A program made the translations under genes and the position numbers. DNA of 63,866 nt, counting the filler, from Octopus bimaculoides (taxonomy: Eukaryota): NCBI RefSeq assembly GCF_001194135.2. It is 8 parts of 7 records of this genome, joined end to end, with 100 filler letters (N's around TTAATTAATTAA, not from the genome) between each part and the next. Parts side by side here need not be neighbours in the genome. Positions count along the whole stretch, not along the records: positions 41,450 to 50,927 come from NC_068982.1; positions 51,028 to 53,549 come from NW_026367932.1; positions 53,650 to 55,500 come from NC_068982.1; positions 55,601 to 62,701 come from NC_069009.1; 4 more parts are not named here. One strand, 5' to 3'. How positions within the stretch are numbered: the stretch's first letter is position 1; every line of letters begins with the position of its first letter. The notes under the pieces are model-generated. The model ran no database searches and was not told the origin of the DNA. It saw nothing but the letters and a program-made list of their open reading frames with translations. Shown here piece by piece: positions 49,451-60,399 of the stretch.

Positions 49451-50290
49451 CTAGCAGGTGTACCCGGCGTTGCCCGGGGCTGTTAAGTATGCCTGTTTGG
49501 TTATTAGACCATTAGCGGATGCACCTCTGAACTGAATGAAAGAAATCATAATGGCAGATGTTTCCAACGTTGTTTGTTTTATTTAGCGCAATAGTGAACA
49601 TGCAGAGTCATACGCCCACACCATCGTCATTGTTTTCCATTGGGAGAGTGGGTCGATCTGTAAAAAACCGGCAGTAGTTGAGTTTATTTTCTTTATCGCA
49701 TAACTGCTGACATGTGCTGTTTAGCAGATGGAAAGGTTGAGCCTATAGATATGACATGAAGAGAAATAGTATGTTTCCCTGCTGTTTTGCTGGGTTGTAA
49801 GTCGAACTGCGCGTTTGCTACAGTCTCTGCAGCTCACGCAGCAGTAGAGGAAGCATTTCTTGTTCGGGCGTGCTGAACGTTGCTCGTTGCTCTGAGCAGC
49901 TCGTTGCGCAGCAATACGTTCCAACCGATCAGAACGCTGCTCTTCACTTTTCCTTCTTCGCGCTGAAGCCATCCTAAGTGCATTGAGAGAGTTCCTCCTG
50001 GCGGCGCCCTCCGTAGATTCACTTAAAACGCATACGTTTACTTTTCTTTGCAGTATTTGTTTGCCAACCTATATTGGACCTTTTGCGTCGAGGCATGGTG
50101 GAAAATTATCAGTTTAGGCAACAGAAAAAGTCTTAAGGAAAAAGTGGTGAATGTGTAGCACACCAATAAATAGTAAAATATAGTTGGCAAAAATGTTAAA
50201 CAAATCAAATTAAGGATTTTTTTTTATTTTGGGTAAGAGTTTTGAAGTGGCTAGTTTAAGTTGGAATAATTATATGAAAAAAAGCGCTCC
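49451..50290 (-). mobile_element. Non-autonomous Helitron derivative (5' end uncertain)
   Basis: Minus-strand 3' end: hairpin CCCGG-gcaacg-CCGGG, 8 nt, CTAG, then T. Same-strand ORF MASARRRKSEEQRSDRL... resembles the repetitive N-terminus of Rep-helicase proteins. Confidence 0.7.
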
Positions 50291-50330
50291 CTTGAAAACA
50301 GGGGCAAATCGTAACTCGCAANNNNNNNNN

Positions 50331-50640
50331 NACATACACGACTGCAAACATTGCAGACCAAGCTTTCCCCATTTACTACACCAGCAGTGCGCTTTCGAGC
50401 AGCACGCTTAAGTTCTTCATGAAGAATTCGTGCTCTCTCAAAAGTGTCGACCCCCTCCTTAACTTGCTTCCTCCATCTCTGGAAATGACAGGCATTGTTC
50501 TCCCAGTCAGTCTCCTGCATATCATAGGCCTTTAATGAGGACTTGAAACAGTCCTTAAATCGCAGCCTTGGTTTCTGCCGGGGTCTCCTTCCCATTCACA
50601 AGTTCCCCATATAGCATCTGCTTAGGGATCCTGCTATCCT
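50331..50640 (-). mobile_element. Second RTE (BovB-like) C-terminal fragment
   Basis: RIPKQMLYGELVNG + RLRFKDCFKSSLK...WRKQVKEGV...CNVCSRVC. Confidence 0.85.
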
Positions 50641-50741
50641 TCATTATAATATATATATATATATATGAAAGTCAGGGAAAATGCACTCGTATATCTGTCA
50701 ATCGAGTACATATTATTATCCGGAGTGTACACAGTATTATA

Positions 50742-50846
50742 CATCTATACGGCCGATCCTATCAATCGGTTTCGCTCTAGGGATTCAACGGACTGTTAGG
50801 TAACACTCCGATTATGTAACCCTGCGCTCATCAGACGTAGTCGATG
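50742..50846 (-). ncRNA. Degenerate type I hammerhead ribozyme-like motif, probably inactive
   Basis: ctacgt CTGATGA gcgcaggg...ccctagagc GAAA ccgat-tgatagg-atcgg cc. Long stem II, 5-bp stem III; cleavage triplet and helix I damaged. Confidence 0.5.
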
Positions 50847-50863
50847 ATTATATATATATATAT

Positions 50864-50927
<64 letters not shown>

Positions 50928-51034
50928 NNNNNNNNNNNNNNNNNNNNNNNNNNNNNNNNNNNNNNNNNNNNTTAATTAATTAANNNNNNNNNNNNNNNNN
51001 NNNNNNNNNNNNNNNNNNNNNNNNNNNAAGAAGG

Positions 51035-51150
51035 GTGACCTCTTTATGGTAGCAAGACCAGGTAGAAATAGCAGCTAAATCTACTTCAAATCACTCCCTG
51101 TAGTCTTATGTGCATATATCTGACATAAGGCAGTAGGATATGATGTGAGA
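51035..51150. mobile_element. SINE-like repeat fragment
   Basis: ggtagaaatagcagctaaatctacttcaaatcac recognised from memory as an octopus repeat; no second copy in the window. Confidence 0.35.
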
Positions 51151-51159
51151 AACATTTAA

Positions 51160-51213
51160 CAGCAATCATTATTACTACTACTACTACTATTATTATTACT
51201 ACTACTACTATTA

Positions 51214-51263
<50 letters not shown>

Positions 51264-51436
51264 TATTAGATAATCTACAAGCTTTAATCATGGATGACGT
51301 TAGTTTACGACATGCGACGATGTGTATTAGTTGTTTTGTCTAGTCAATCCGTTATGAGTCAACATTTTATATAATTCTCGGTATTGACGACATCCCTGTC
51401 GTCAGAATCATGTGTGTGTGTATAAGTATGTGTGTA

Positions 51437-51468
<32 letters not shown>

Positions 51469-51524
51469 CATGTGCCTTCATATATATATATATTCATATA
51501 TGTGTAGCTATATATATGCATGTG

Positions 51525-51582
<58 letters not shown>

Positions 51583-51716
51583 AGTAGATATAAATATACA
51601 TATGTATAAATATATATATATATACTTATGCATAGGTAGATATACATATACATTTGTATATATATATATATATATATACATACATATATACTTGTGTGTA
51701 TGTTCCAGCTTGCCAC

Positions 51717-51769
<53 letters not shown>

Positions 51770-51780
51770 TAATAATTATA
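51160..51780. repeat. (TAC)/(TAT)/(TA)/(AAT)n microsatellites
   Basis: Directly visible. Confidence 0.9.
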
Positions 51781-51782
51781 AT

Positions 51783-51946
51783 GCAGTACCAGGCAGTGGC
51801 TCTCATGGCTTCTGGTCTTAACTGATTGGAAGTGTTATCATGTACATTGTTTTGTCTTGGTATAAAAAGATGGGCTACAGCAAATATTCTGCTCAATACC
51901 ACAGATTTGCTTGTCAGTTGTTTGACCTTAACCAGTTGAGCATGTC
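51783..51946 (-). mobile_element. SINE 3' portion running into a gap
   Basis: gcagtaccaggcagtggctctcatggcttc...accagttgagcatgtc abuts an (AAT)n tail; family recognised from memory. Confidence 0.55.
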
Positions 51947-52403
51947 NNNNNNNNNNNNNNNNNNNNNNNNNNNNNNNNNNNNNNNNNNNNNNNNNNNNNN
52001 NNNNNNNNNNNNNNNNNNNNNNNNNNNNNNNNNNNNNNNNNNNNNNNNNNNNNNNNNNNNNNNNNNNNNNNNNNNNNNNNNNNNNNNNNNNNNNNNNNNN
52101 NNNNNNNNNNNNNNNNNNNNNNNNNNNNNNNNNNNNNNNNNNNNNNNNNNNNNNNNNNNNNNNNNNNNNNNNNNNNNNNNNNNNNNNNNNNNNNNNNNNN
52201 NNNNNNNNNNNNNNNNNNNNNNNNNNNNNNNNNNNNNNNNNNNNNNNNNNNNNNNNNNNNNNNNNNNNNNNNNNNNNNNNNNNNNNNNNNNNNNNNNNNN
52301 NNNNNNNNNNNNNNNNNNNNNNNNNNNNNNNNNNNNNNNNNNNNNNNNNNNNNNNNNNNNNNNNNNNNNNNNNNNNNNNNNNNNNNNNNNNNNNNNNNNN
52401 NNN

Positions 52404-52468
52404 ACCGACCCCAAAAGGATGAAAGGCAAAGTCGGCCTCGGTAAAATTCGACTTTGCTTTTCAATAAA

Positions 52469-52512
<44 letters not shown>

Positions 52513-52685
52513 GGGTGGCAAGTTTTTGCAGGAGGCCAGCAGTTTTGGGGGAGGCAGTAAGTCAATTGCATGGACCCCAGTCATCAACTGGTACTAATTT
52601 TTATTAACCCCCCAGAGGATGAATGTCAAGGCCGACCTCAGCGGAATTTGAACTCAGGACATTTAAGATAAACGAAATGCTGCTC
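52404..52685 (-). mobile_element. Two SINE family C fragments separated by (AAT)n
   Basis: gaccccaaaaggatgaaaggcaaagtcggcctcgg and cctcagcggaatttgaactcag. Confidence 0.8.
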
Positions 52686-52743
52686 CAGGTTCTTAAGTGA
52701 TGTAATCCTTCTTTACATCATTTCTTTATTCAGGTCTGTAATT

Positions 52744-52779
<36 letters not shown>

Positions 52780-52874
52780 ACGTTCCTTTCCTGAGCGTCC
52801 AATAATACTATCCATATCACGTCCTCACTTTGTTGTTTTTTTGTTTTTTTGTTATTGTTTTTTTGAACTATATA

Positions 52875-52910
<36 letters not shown>

Positions 52911-53032
52911 TGTATGTATATTTGTTTATTGGCAAACATGATTTTAAGTTACACGATAATGTGCAATAATTGATGCGTTGATGCAATTCTGCATGCACCG
53001 TTAACAACAACAACAACAACACTAGTACTACT

Positions 53033-53084
<52 letters not shown>

Positions 53085-53235
53085 ACTACTACTCATAACC
53101 AGAATGTTTGTGATAAGGATGATGATAATGATAATGCTGATGATGGTGGTGGAGGAGGACGATTATGATGATGATGATGATTGTGGTGGTGGCGGTGGTG
53201 ATGATAATCATGACGATTATGATGATGATTAAAAT

Positions 53236-53466
53236 AATCCTTTCTACTAAAGGCACAAGGCCTGAAATTTTTGTGGGGTGAAGAGGGCTGATTGATTATA
53301 TTGATCCCCCAGTGCATAACTGGTACTTAATTTATTGACCCCCGAAAGAATGAGAGGCAGAGTTGACCTTGGCGGAATTTGAACTCAAAACGGGAATGTG
53401 GACAAAATACTATTTAGCTTAAGCATTTTACCAGGCATGTTAACAATTCAGCCAGCTCATGGCCTT
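53236..53466 (-). mobile_element. SINE family C, full length
   Basis: ctactaaaggcacaaggcctgaaattttt...ggcggaatttgaactc...ccagctcatggcc. Confidence 0.88.
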
Positions 53467-53649
53467 AATAATAATATTAATAATATTAATAATATTAATA
53501 ATCTGTCAAGACCTACCAAAAACTGAGCAAGTATAAAGATCTTGAAATANNNNNNNNNNNNNNNNNNNNNNNNNNNNNNNNNNNNNNNNNNNNTTAATTA
53601 ATTAANNNNNNNNNNNNNNNNNNNNNNNNNNNNNNNNNNNNNNNNNNNN

Positions 53650-53775
53650 CAGTTTCCGTCTCATAAGTGTCTGGTCGGCCCGAGTCTATAGTAGAAGACA
53701 TTTTGCCCAAGATACCACGCAGTTGGACTGAACCCGGAACCATGTGGTTGGGAAGCAAGTTTCTTACCACACAGT
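53650..53775 (-). mobile_element. SINE family A, 5' part
   Basis: ggtcggcccgagtctatagtagaagac...gaacccggaaccatgtggttgg. Confidence 0.9.
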
Positions 53776-53789
53776 GACGCATATATATT

Positions 53790-53820
<31 letters not shown>

Positions 53821-54754
53821 GGCTGTTTTGAGCTTGACTAAGTCTTTATGTGGTTCAGACGTATATCTCCATTCGTAAATCTATTTTTTTTCAAAATATT
53901 TCATTTCGTATAAGTAAGCTTCTTTTTATCAAATAAAGAATTGTATTTTTAACAATGCTGGCATGATAATTTCAGTACATCTTTAATGGGAGGTTCAAAA
54001 AAGGAAAACCTATTTTAAAGTATTGAACGCCAAAACAATAGATTTGTTTCTATAAATGTAACAGCAGAATTCTTAAATTCAATTTTTGCATTTTTCGTGA
54101 TACGCGTGTGGTTTTCTTAATGTTAACCGGAAGTCAGAAAGAAGGTGATAATTTTAAAGTTGCTGACTTGAAGTAGATGCCAAAAGGAATAAGATTTAGT
54201 TTTGTCATTTTACTGAGGAGCTGAGAATCACAAAAGCGATATTTTTATGATAATATATTAAAATTGGAAAATTCTTAAGGTTGTTATTTCCTTTTGTTCT
54301 ATATATATATATATGTGTGAACCTTTGGTCCGACAAATCAAATTTCTATTGTATTTGTTGCGGCCTGGAATCTTTAGTTTCTGTAATTCTGTTGTATTTA
54401 TAAGTTTATTCATTTTGCTTGTATTCTTTGATAATGTTGAATACAGCATGTGTCGTGTTTAATGATTAACTGCTTATTTCATAGCAGGCAAGGGATGCAC
54501 TTGATATATATATATATTGGCTTGGAGTCGTTTGTCTGTTCGAGAGGTTTTGAGGTTCCACATACACGCATGCACACACACAAACACGCATGTACGTAAA
54601 CATACACACGCACGTGAACACACACACGCACACACATACATACACACACATACATACATATACACGTATGCAATATACACACTAACATGCATATATGTGC
54701 ATGTGTGTGTATGTCTGTCAGTGAGTTTGTGTGGTGGTGGTGTGAGTATACATT

Positions 54755-54788
<34 letters not shown>

Positions 54789-55445
54789 TGTATGTATGCA
54801 TGCATGCATGTATGTATTTGTGTGTGTATGTATGTATGTATATATGTATGTGAGTGTGTATGGTTGTGTGTAAGTGAGTCAAACAACGTTGTACTTGAGT
54901 AGACACAAACTGCCAATCCGATAAGTAACAAGACATATACTATATTTATTATCCAAGAAAATGAACCAAAGAAAATAGGCATGAGTTTCTTCTCAAGGTA
55001 ATAAAATAGATTTGTGTTTTGAATTATTAAACCATGGGTTCAAATATACTAACAAAATTGAACGGGTGGGGAGGAATATTCAACAAAAGCAGCCTAACAT
55101 TCAAAATGGAAGCCAACGTTTTGTACTGCCTGAAGTCACCTTTCTACCAGTGCTTTGATCCCACAATGATACCATTACTCGTCCTTCGACGCAAACAACG
55201 CCTTCACTGAAGCTTCCACCCCCTTTTCGCTTATGAAGCGTCGCGGACGAAGGAAGTGAGTTATGGATATGAACAAGTTATAAGGAGACCAATGATTTAG
55301 ATACCAGACACAAAATACAAAATAGAGTTGGGTTGTTCGATTAACACTGCAAGGCGGTGTTCCAGCATGGCCTTCCACTCTTTCTTCATATCCTCCAATC
55401 CCTTTCCTCTTCATGCTGCCTCCTCTTCTTCCACTTCATTTTGTT

Positions 55446-55500
<55 letters not shown>

Positions 55501-55619
55501 NNNNNNNNNNNNNNNNNNNNNNNNNNNNNNNNNNNNNNNNNNNNTTAATTAATTAANNNNNNNNNNNNNNNNNNNNNNNNNNNNNNNNNNNNNNNNNNNN
55601 ATATACACCTCTGTTCTGT

Positions 55620-55890
55620 TCCCACCAAGGTCAACTTAGCCTTTCATTCCTCCAGCATGAAGAAGCAGTTGATAAAAAGAATTTTCTGTTTGTGCTGGGG
55701 ACAATTTTAGTTCACTCCAGCCTCTCTAATTTTAACTAAAAAAAAGGGTGGTGGGTGACCAATACCAATAAAAACAATTATATATCCATGTTCAAGTCCC
55801 ACTGAGGTCAACATTTCCTTTCATTCTCCCAGGGTAGGGAAGTGGTTGATAAAATAAGTCCTTTTGGTGCTGGGATTAGTTTACTTAGCT
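55620..55890 (+). mobile_element. Two decayed SINE family C-like fragments
   Basis: aggtcaac.tt.cctttcatt...gttgataaaa occurs twice. Confidence 0.5.
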
Positions 55891-55974
55891 ATACCCCACC
55901 TTTCTGTGACAACCCTCTTGTTGTTCCAGTGCTGTTAATATTATTTTCAGTATAATTAGTTCTTACCTGAAGTA

Positions 55975-56538
55975 TATTTGCCACTTAAATGCGGCTAAAC
56001 CCTAAGGGCGAATGCTACTGTAGCTTGTAGCCCCAGGAGAACATTTCCTCCAGCTGGCTATTGACACACTTTCTGTGCCCTGTTAGTATTTGCAAAGGGA
56101 AGTCATCCTTCCCATCGTCGATATGACGTGATACACACAGACCCAGGTTTCTGGGTATTTACGCTTCGTCAGTGTACGAAATCACCGAGGTGGGAGTGTG
56201 TAGTTTGTCCGTCGATTTGACGAAGACCATCTAGTCATCCCGGGGTGGAGGTGGGCTTTTTTTGTGAGTCCGCAGATGGCTAGTGAGGCCAATCTGCGCC
56301 CGAAAGAGTCTTTGACAGTGTGGACAGGAAATGGTGGTGCCTGTTACGGGATTGTTAGCTCTGTTCTTCCTGGCTTATCTGTGGTCTTCTGCAGCAGCGA
56401 TCCTATTGGTCTCGCATGTGTTGGCACCCTTGTGGACAGCTGATCGGCCATCTTTCTCTGTCTAGAGCAGACTGCTCCCAAGTTGCATGGTCGATGTTGA
56501 AGGCTTTCAGTGTGTCCTTAAAGCGGGAGTAGGGACCG
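55975..56538 (-). mobile_element. RTE LINE 3' fragment with one C2H2 finger and probable 3' UTR
   Basis: RFKDTLKAFNIDHATWEQSALDRERW / ...CPHCQRLFRAQIGLTSHLRTH. Confidence 0.85.
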
Positions 56539-56540
56539 GT

Positions 56541-57496
56541 TTAAACCTTTTAACATTCGGGTTACTCTCAACTGTTATGCTTGTTTATTATTCCCATTGT
56601 TTTGAATTAAGCATGCATTATATCGTAGCCTGATGTAATTGTTTATTTTTGGAACGACATTGTAGGGTTGGTGAGAGAGGCTGGATCTGGCCAAGTTCAA
56701 CACAGAATAAGCAGAATATTTTAACATTGAGATTACTCTGCCAAATACAGTGCTTCTTTATTCACGTTGTTTTGAATTGATTACGCATTATCTTGTAGCT
56801 TCAAGATTTCAATGATGTAATTGTTTATTTTTAGAACATTGTAGGTGTGAAATAACGGATCTAATCAGTTTGAATATAAAACGGGTTGAAGATTTGGGTC
56901 AATATATAGCCAGTTAAACCTTTTAGCATTCAGATTGCTCTGTCAAATGTAACAACCTATTCATACAATTTTGAATTAACCATGCAATTATCTTGTAGTG
57001 TCAAGGTTTTGATAATGATGATGTAATTTTTAATTTTTAGAACGACATCCTGGGGTAAGTGGGAGAGGCCAGATATGACCAGTTTAACCCTTCAGCATTC
57101 GGATTGTTCTGTGAAATGCAGTGCTTATTTATTCACATTATTTTGAATTAATCATGCATAATCTTGTAGCTTTGAGATTTCGATGATGTAATTAACTGTT
57201 TATTTTTAGAATGACATTGCCGGCTGGGTGTGAGAGGTCAGATATGGCCAGTTGAAATGCTAACGGGTTAACACTTCAGCATTTAAACTGGCCATATCCA
57301 GCCTAATTATTCTACTTGGTTTATGTTAAAACTAACCAGATCTGGCTTCTCACAGCTACCCTACAATGTTATTCCAAAAATTAGACCCTCCCATTATTGG
57401 AACCTCAAAGCTACAGGATCTTGCATGGTTTGTTCAAAACAATATGAATAAATAAGCTTTACATTTGACAGAGTAATCTGAGTACCAAATGGATAA
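56541..57496. mobile_element. Array of five piggyBac-like TTAA MITEs (four +, one -)
   Basis: Copy 4 is complete: TTAA|cccttcagcatt...aatgctaacggg|TTAA (57084-57271). Related starts at 56541, 56721 and 56914; inverted copy at 57272-57492. Confidence 0.8.
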
Positions 57497-57860
57497 GCCC
57501 TTTACCTCTTATGGCACATAGACCGTTGATGACTTATCTCCACTGTTCTCAATTTTGGGTTCCCATGGGGCTGTTCTAATGGAGAAAAGCCTTCTAATCC
57601 CAGATTGTGTTGGTTTTGAATTATCATCGATGCTTCTGTAACTTAGCTTTTTTTTTTTATCTAGGCATGGGTGTTGGTCCCGATGCAAAGCCATTTTTTA
57701 CCCCTGAGATCTAATTAGTCTGGCCCCTGTCCACTGACCTATCCAGCATGGGAGGCCCTAGCAGGAGCATGCACTCCTTCGGCATAGGTCTCAGGGTGAT
57801 TGAGACCCACAAACCACCACACTGCAGTAAGGACTGGACTTTGAACTGAATGCCAGTCTG
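57497..57860 (-). mobile_element. Bipartite non-autonomous RTE-derived element (5' UTR fused to ORF-end/3' tail)
   Basis: Minus strand: cctt...caatcaccctgagacctatgccg...cccatgctggataggtc...ggggccagac (RTE 5' UTR-like, recalled consensus), then AQN*EQWR*VINGLCA (RTE C-terminal motif) with no RT between them. Confidence 0.5.
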
Positions 57861-58200
57861 ATGTAGGGTTAACTTCCCAGCTATTCCTAGGGACTAATTT
57901 ATGACCAAGTGAAGTGGAGCCAACATGAAATGAAGTGTTTTGCTCAAGAACTCAAGGACCTGGAAATTGAAACCCTTATCTTATAATTGTGAGTGTAACG
58001 CCCTAACCCAGTGTTTCTCAGCATTTTTTAACCTTGCATAACTCTTTAAATAAATTACATGTCTTAAGGAACCCCTGCACAAAAAAATAATTTATATTTT
58101 TTCATCATAGCTCACGTGATCATATAAATATAATATATATATATATATATATATTGAAAATGAATAAAAATGAAAATGCGACTTTTTTAAAACATTTTTT

Positions 58201-58539
58201 GGGGGTTTTATTTAATTTACATGTTTCGGTTTTTCTGAAAAACCTTATCAAAAATGAACATAAAATATGTGAGAAGAGAAAAGGGCTATTAATAAAATGA
58301 AATAAAATTGAAATTAAAATTAAGAATGACCTTCATAGTTTACTGTTATTTCTTGCATACGCACGTGGCTCCTTTCCTTGAACATGATAATTCTGACTTG
58401 TTCTTTTGCAAGAAATAAAAGTAAACTATGAAGGTCATTCTTAGTTTTAATTTCAATTTTATTTTATTAATAGCCCTTTTCTCTTCTCACATATTTTATA
58501 TTCATGTTTACTGAAACATGTAAATTAATTAAAACACCC
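58201..58539. repeat. AT-rich inverted repeat inside the hAT element; right arm runs into a gap
   Basis: Arms 58201-58357 and 58407-58539, 49-bp spacer. Confidence 0.85.
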
Positions 58540-58680
58540 NNNNNNNNNNNNNNNNNNNNNNNNNNNNNNNNNNNNNNNNNNNNNNNNNNNNNNNNNNNNN
58601 NNNNNNNNNNNNNNNNNNNNNNNNNNNNNNNNNNNNNNNNNNNNNNNNNNNNNNTATATATATATATATATATATATATG

Positions 58681-59040
58681 CATGTATACACATATATGTA
58701 CATACATCTACATGTGTATATAGATGCATATCAGGGTACAGGACGTTAGAACAATGAACTACAGACCACGGAACGAACACATAGGAAAACAGATAGCCAC
58801 TTGGAATAAATCCTTCGTGAGCTGCCTCTATTCTAACTCGACAGAGTACGTTCTGCCAATTATCTTCGAAACGTCTAGTTAGAATAGAGGCTGCTGACGA
58901 AGGATTTATTCCAAGTGGCTATCTGTTTTCCTATGTGTTCGTTCCGTTGTCTGTAGTTCATTGTTCTAACGTCCTGTACCCTGATATGCATCTATATACA
59001 CATGGAGATGTAAGTATGTACATATATGTGTGTATACATG
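58681..59040. mobile_element. Fold-back with about 160-bp arms and hammerhead half-motifs; possible Penelope inverted pseudo-LTR
   Basis: Arms 58681-58838 and 58877-59040. CTGACGA-a-gga-tttat-tcc in the right arm; cGAAACGTC in the spacer. Confidence 0.6.
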
Positions 59041-59616
59041 TATATATATCCGTTGTATTATTACATCATTGAATGCACACGTCCTTTTTGCAAATATATA
59101 TATATATATATATATGTACACACACACACACACACACACACATGGTTGTTATATTTTTTTGATAACATAATACGTTAGATAGGACGATGTCTATATTACA
59201 ATAACATGTTGTGTATTTATAGTGATATAACGATCATGAAATTAACATTGGCTGATCTCGCTTTTTCTCGCGGAACCCCGGTTGAGAAACGCTTCCCTAA
59301 CCACTAGGTCATCGAGCTCCCGCCCCATAGCATGATTAGGGAGTCCTGTCTTGTGGGTGGGGGTCCAGCTGGGATGCTATTTACTTGACCCGTAGCACAC
59401 CTGTCCATCTGTAAATGGCTCTTTTACATTAATTACTTCCTAATTGGTTTTGTGACAGCTTTGGATCATCCATGGTAGGGAAAATCTGTTTGTGTGTGGT
59501 GTGTGTGTGCTTATATTTGCATTGCACATGTGTGTTGATATATATATATATCTGTATGTTGTGTAGACAATTATTTTGCATGCCTGTGTCTGTACGTACA
59601 GACACATATCTGTGTT

Positions 59617-59670
<54 letters not shown>

Positions 59671-60369
59671 CACATATATATATATATATACATATATNNN
59701 NNNNNNNNNNNNNNNNNNNNNNNNNNNNNNNNNNNNNNNNNNNNNNNNNNNNNNNNNNNNNNNNNNNNNNNNNNNNNNNNNNNNNNNNNNNNNNNNNNNN
59801 NNNNNNNNNNNNNNNNNNNNNNNNNNNNNNNNNNNNNNNNNNNNNNNNNNNNNNNNNNNNNNNNNNNNNNNNNNNNNNNNNNNNNNNNNNNNNNNNNNNN
59901 NNNNNNNNNNNNNNNNNNNNNNNNNNNNNNNNNNNNNNNNNNNNNNNNNNNNNNNNNNNNNNNNNNNNNNNNNNNNNNNNNNNNNNNNNNNNNNNNNNNN
60001 NNNNNNNNNNNNNNNTGTATATATATATGTGTGTGCATGTATGTATATATATGTGTGTATGTGTATATATATGTGTATGTGTGTGTATGTATATATGTAT
60101 ATATATGTGTGTGTATGTGTATATATGTGTATGTGTGTAGACCTATGCATATACACACGTGTGTGAATGTATATTTGTGTTTGTATGCAAATGTGTGTAG
60201 ATGTGTGTGTCTGTGAATGTGTGTATATACTTGTGTATGTGTGTATGTATGCATTTCAGTGTGGTAGTGTTGCTTCATCTCTGCCAGTGTTTCCATCCCT
60301 CATTCATTCATTCATTCCATCCGTCAGTCTCTCTTTCATTCTTCCTGTCTCATGTCTACATCCTGGCAG

Positions 60370-60399
60370 AACCCTGGACAGAAGTTGAACCATATCCAG
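60370..60399 (+). CDS. Candidate 30-nt microexon (xPWTEVEPYP in phase 1-1)
   Basis: Long polypyrimidine tract ending ggcag; donor CAG|gtatgg. Confidence 0.25.

Larger units (their letters stand above)
58009..59294. mobile_element. Non-autonomous hAT (Charlie-like) element
   Basis: TIRs cagtgtttctcagc / gttgagaaacgctt (11 of 14). Perfect 8-bp TSD ccctaacc at 58001-58008 and 59295-59302. Confidence 0.9.
57878..59320 (-). mobile_element. SINE family D split by the hAT insertion (pieces 57878-58008 and 59295-59320)
   Basis: ...gtgagtgtaacgccctaacc|actaggtc rejoins into a reverse-complement tRNA head once the hAT element and one TSD are removed. Confidence 0.75.

Noticed and set aside
55151-55255. 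Plus-strand acceptor/donor pair with strong gtgagt
   Set aside because: Stops in all three frames; at best a UTR exon, unsupported.
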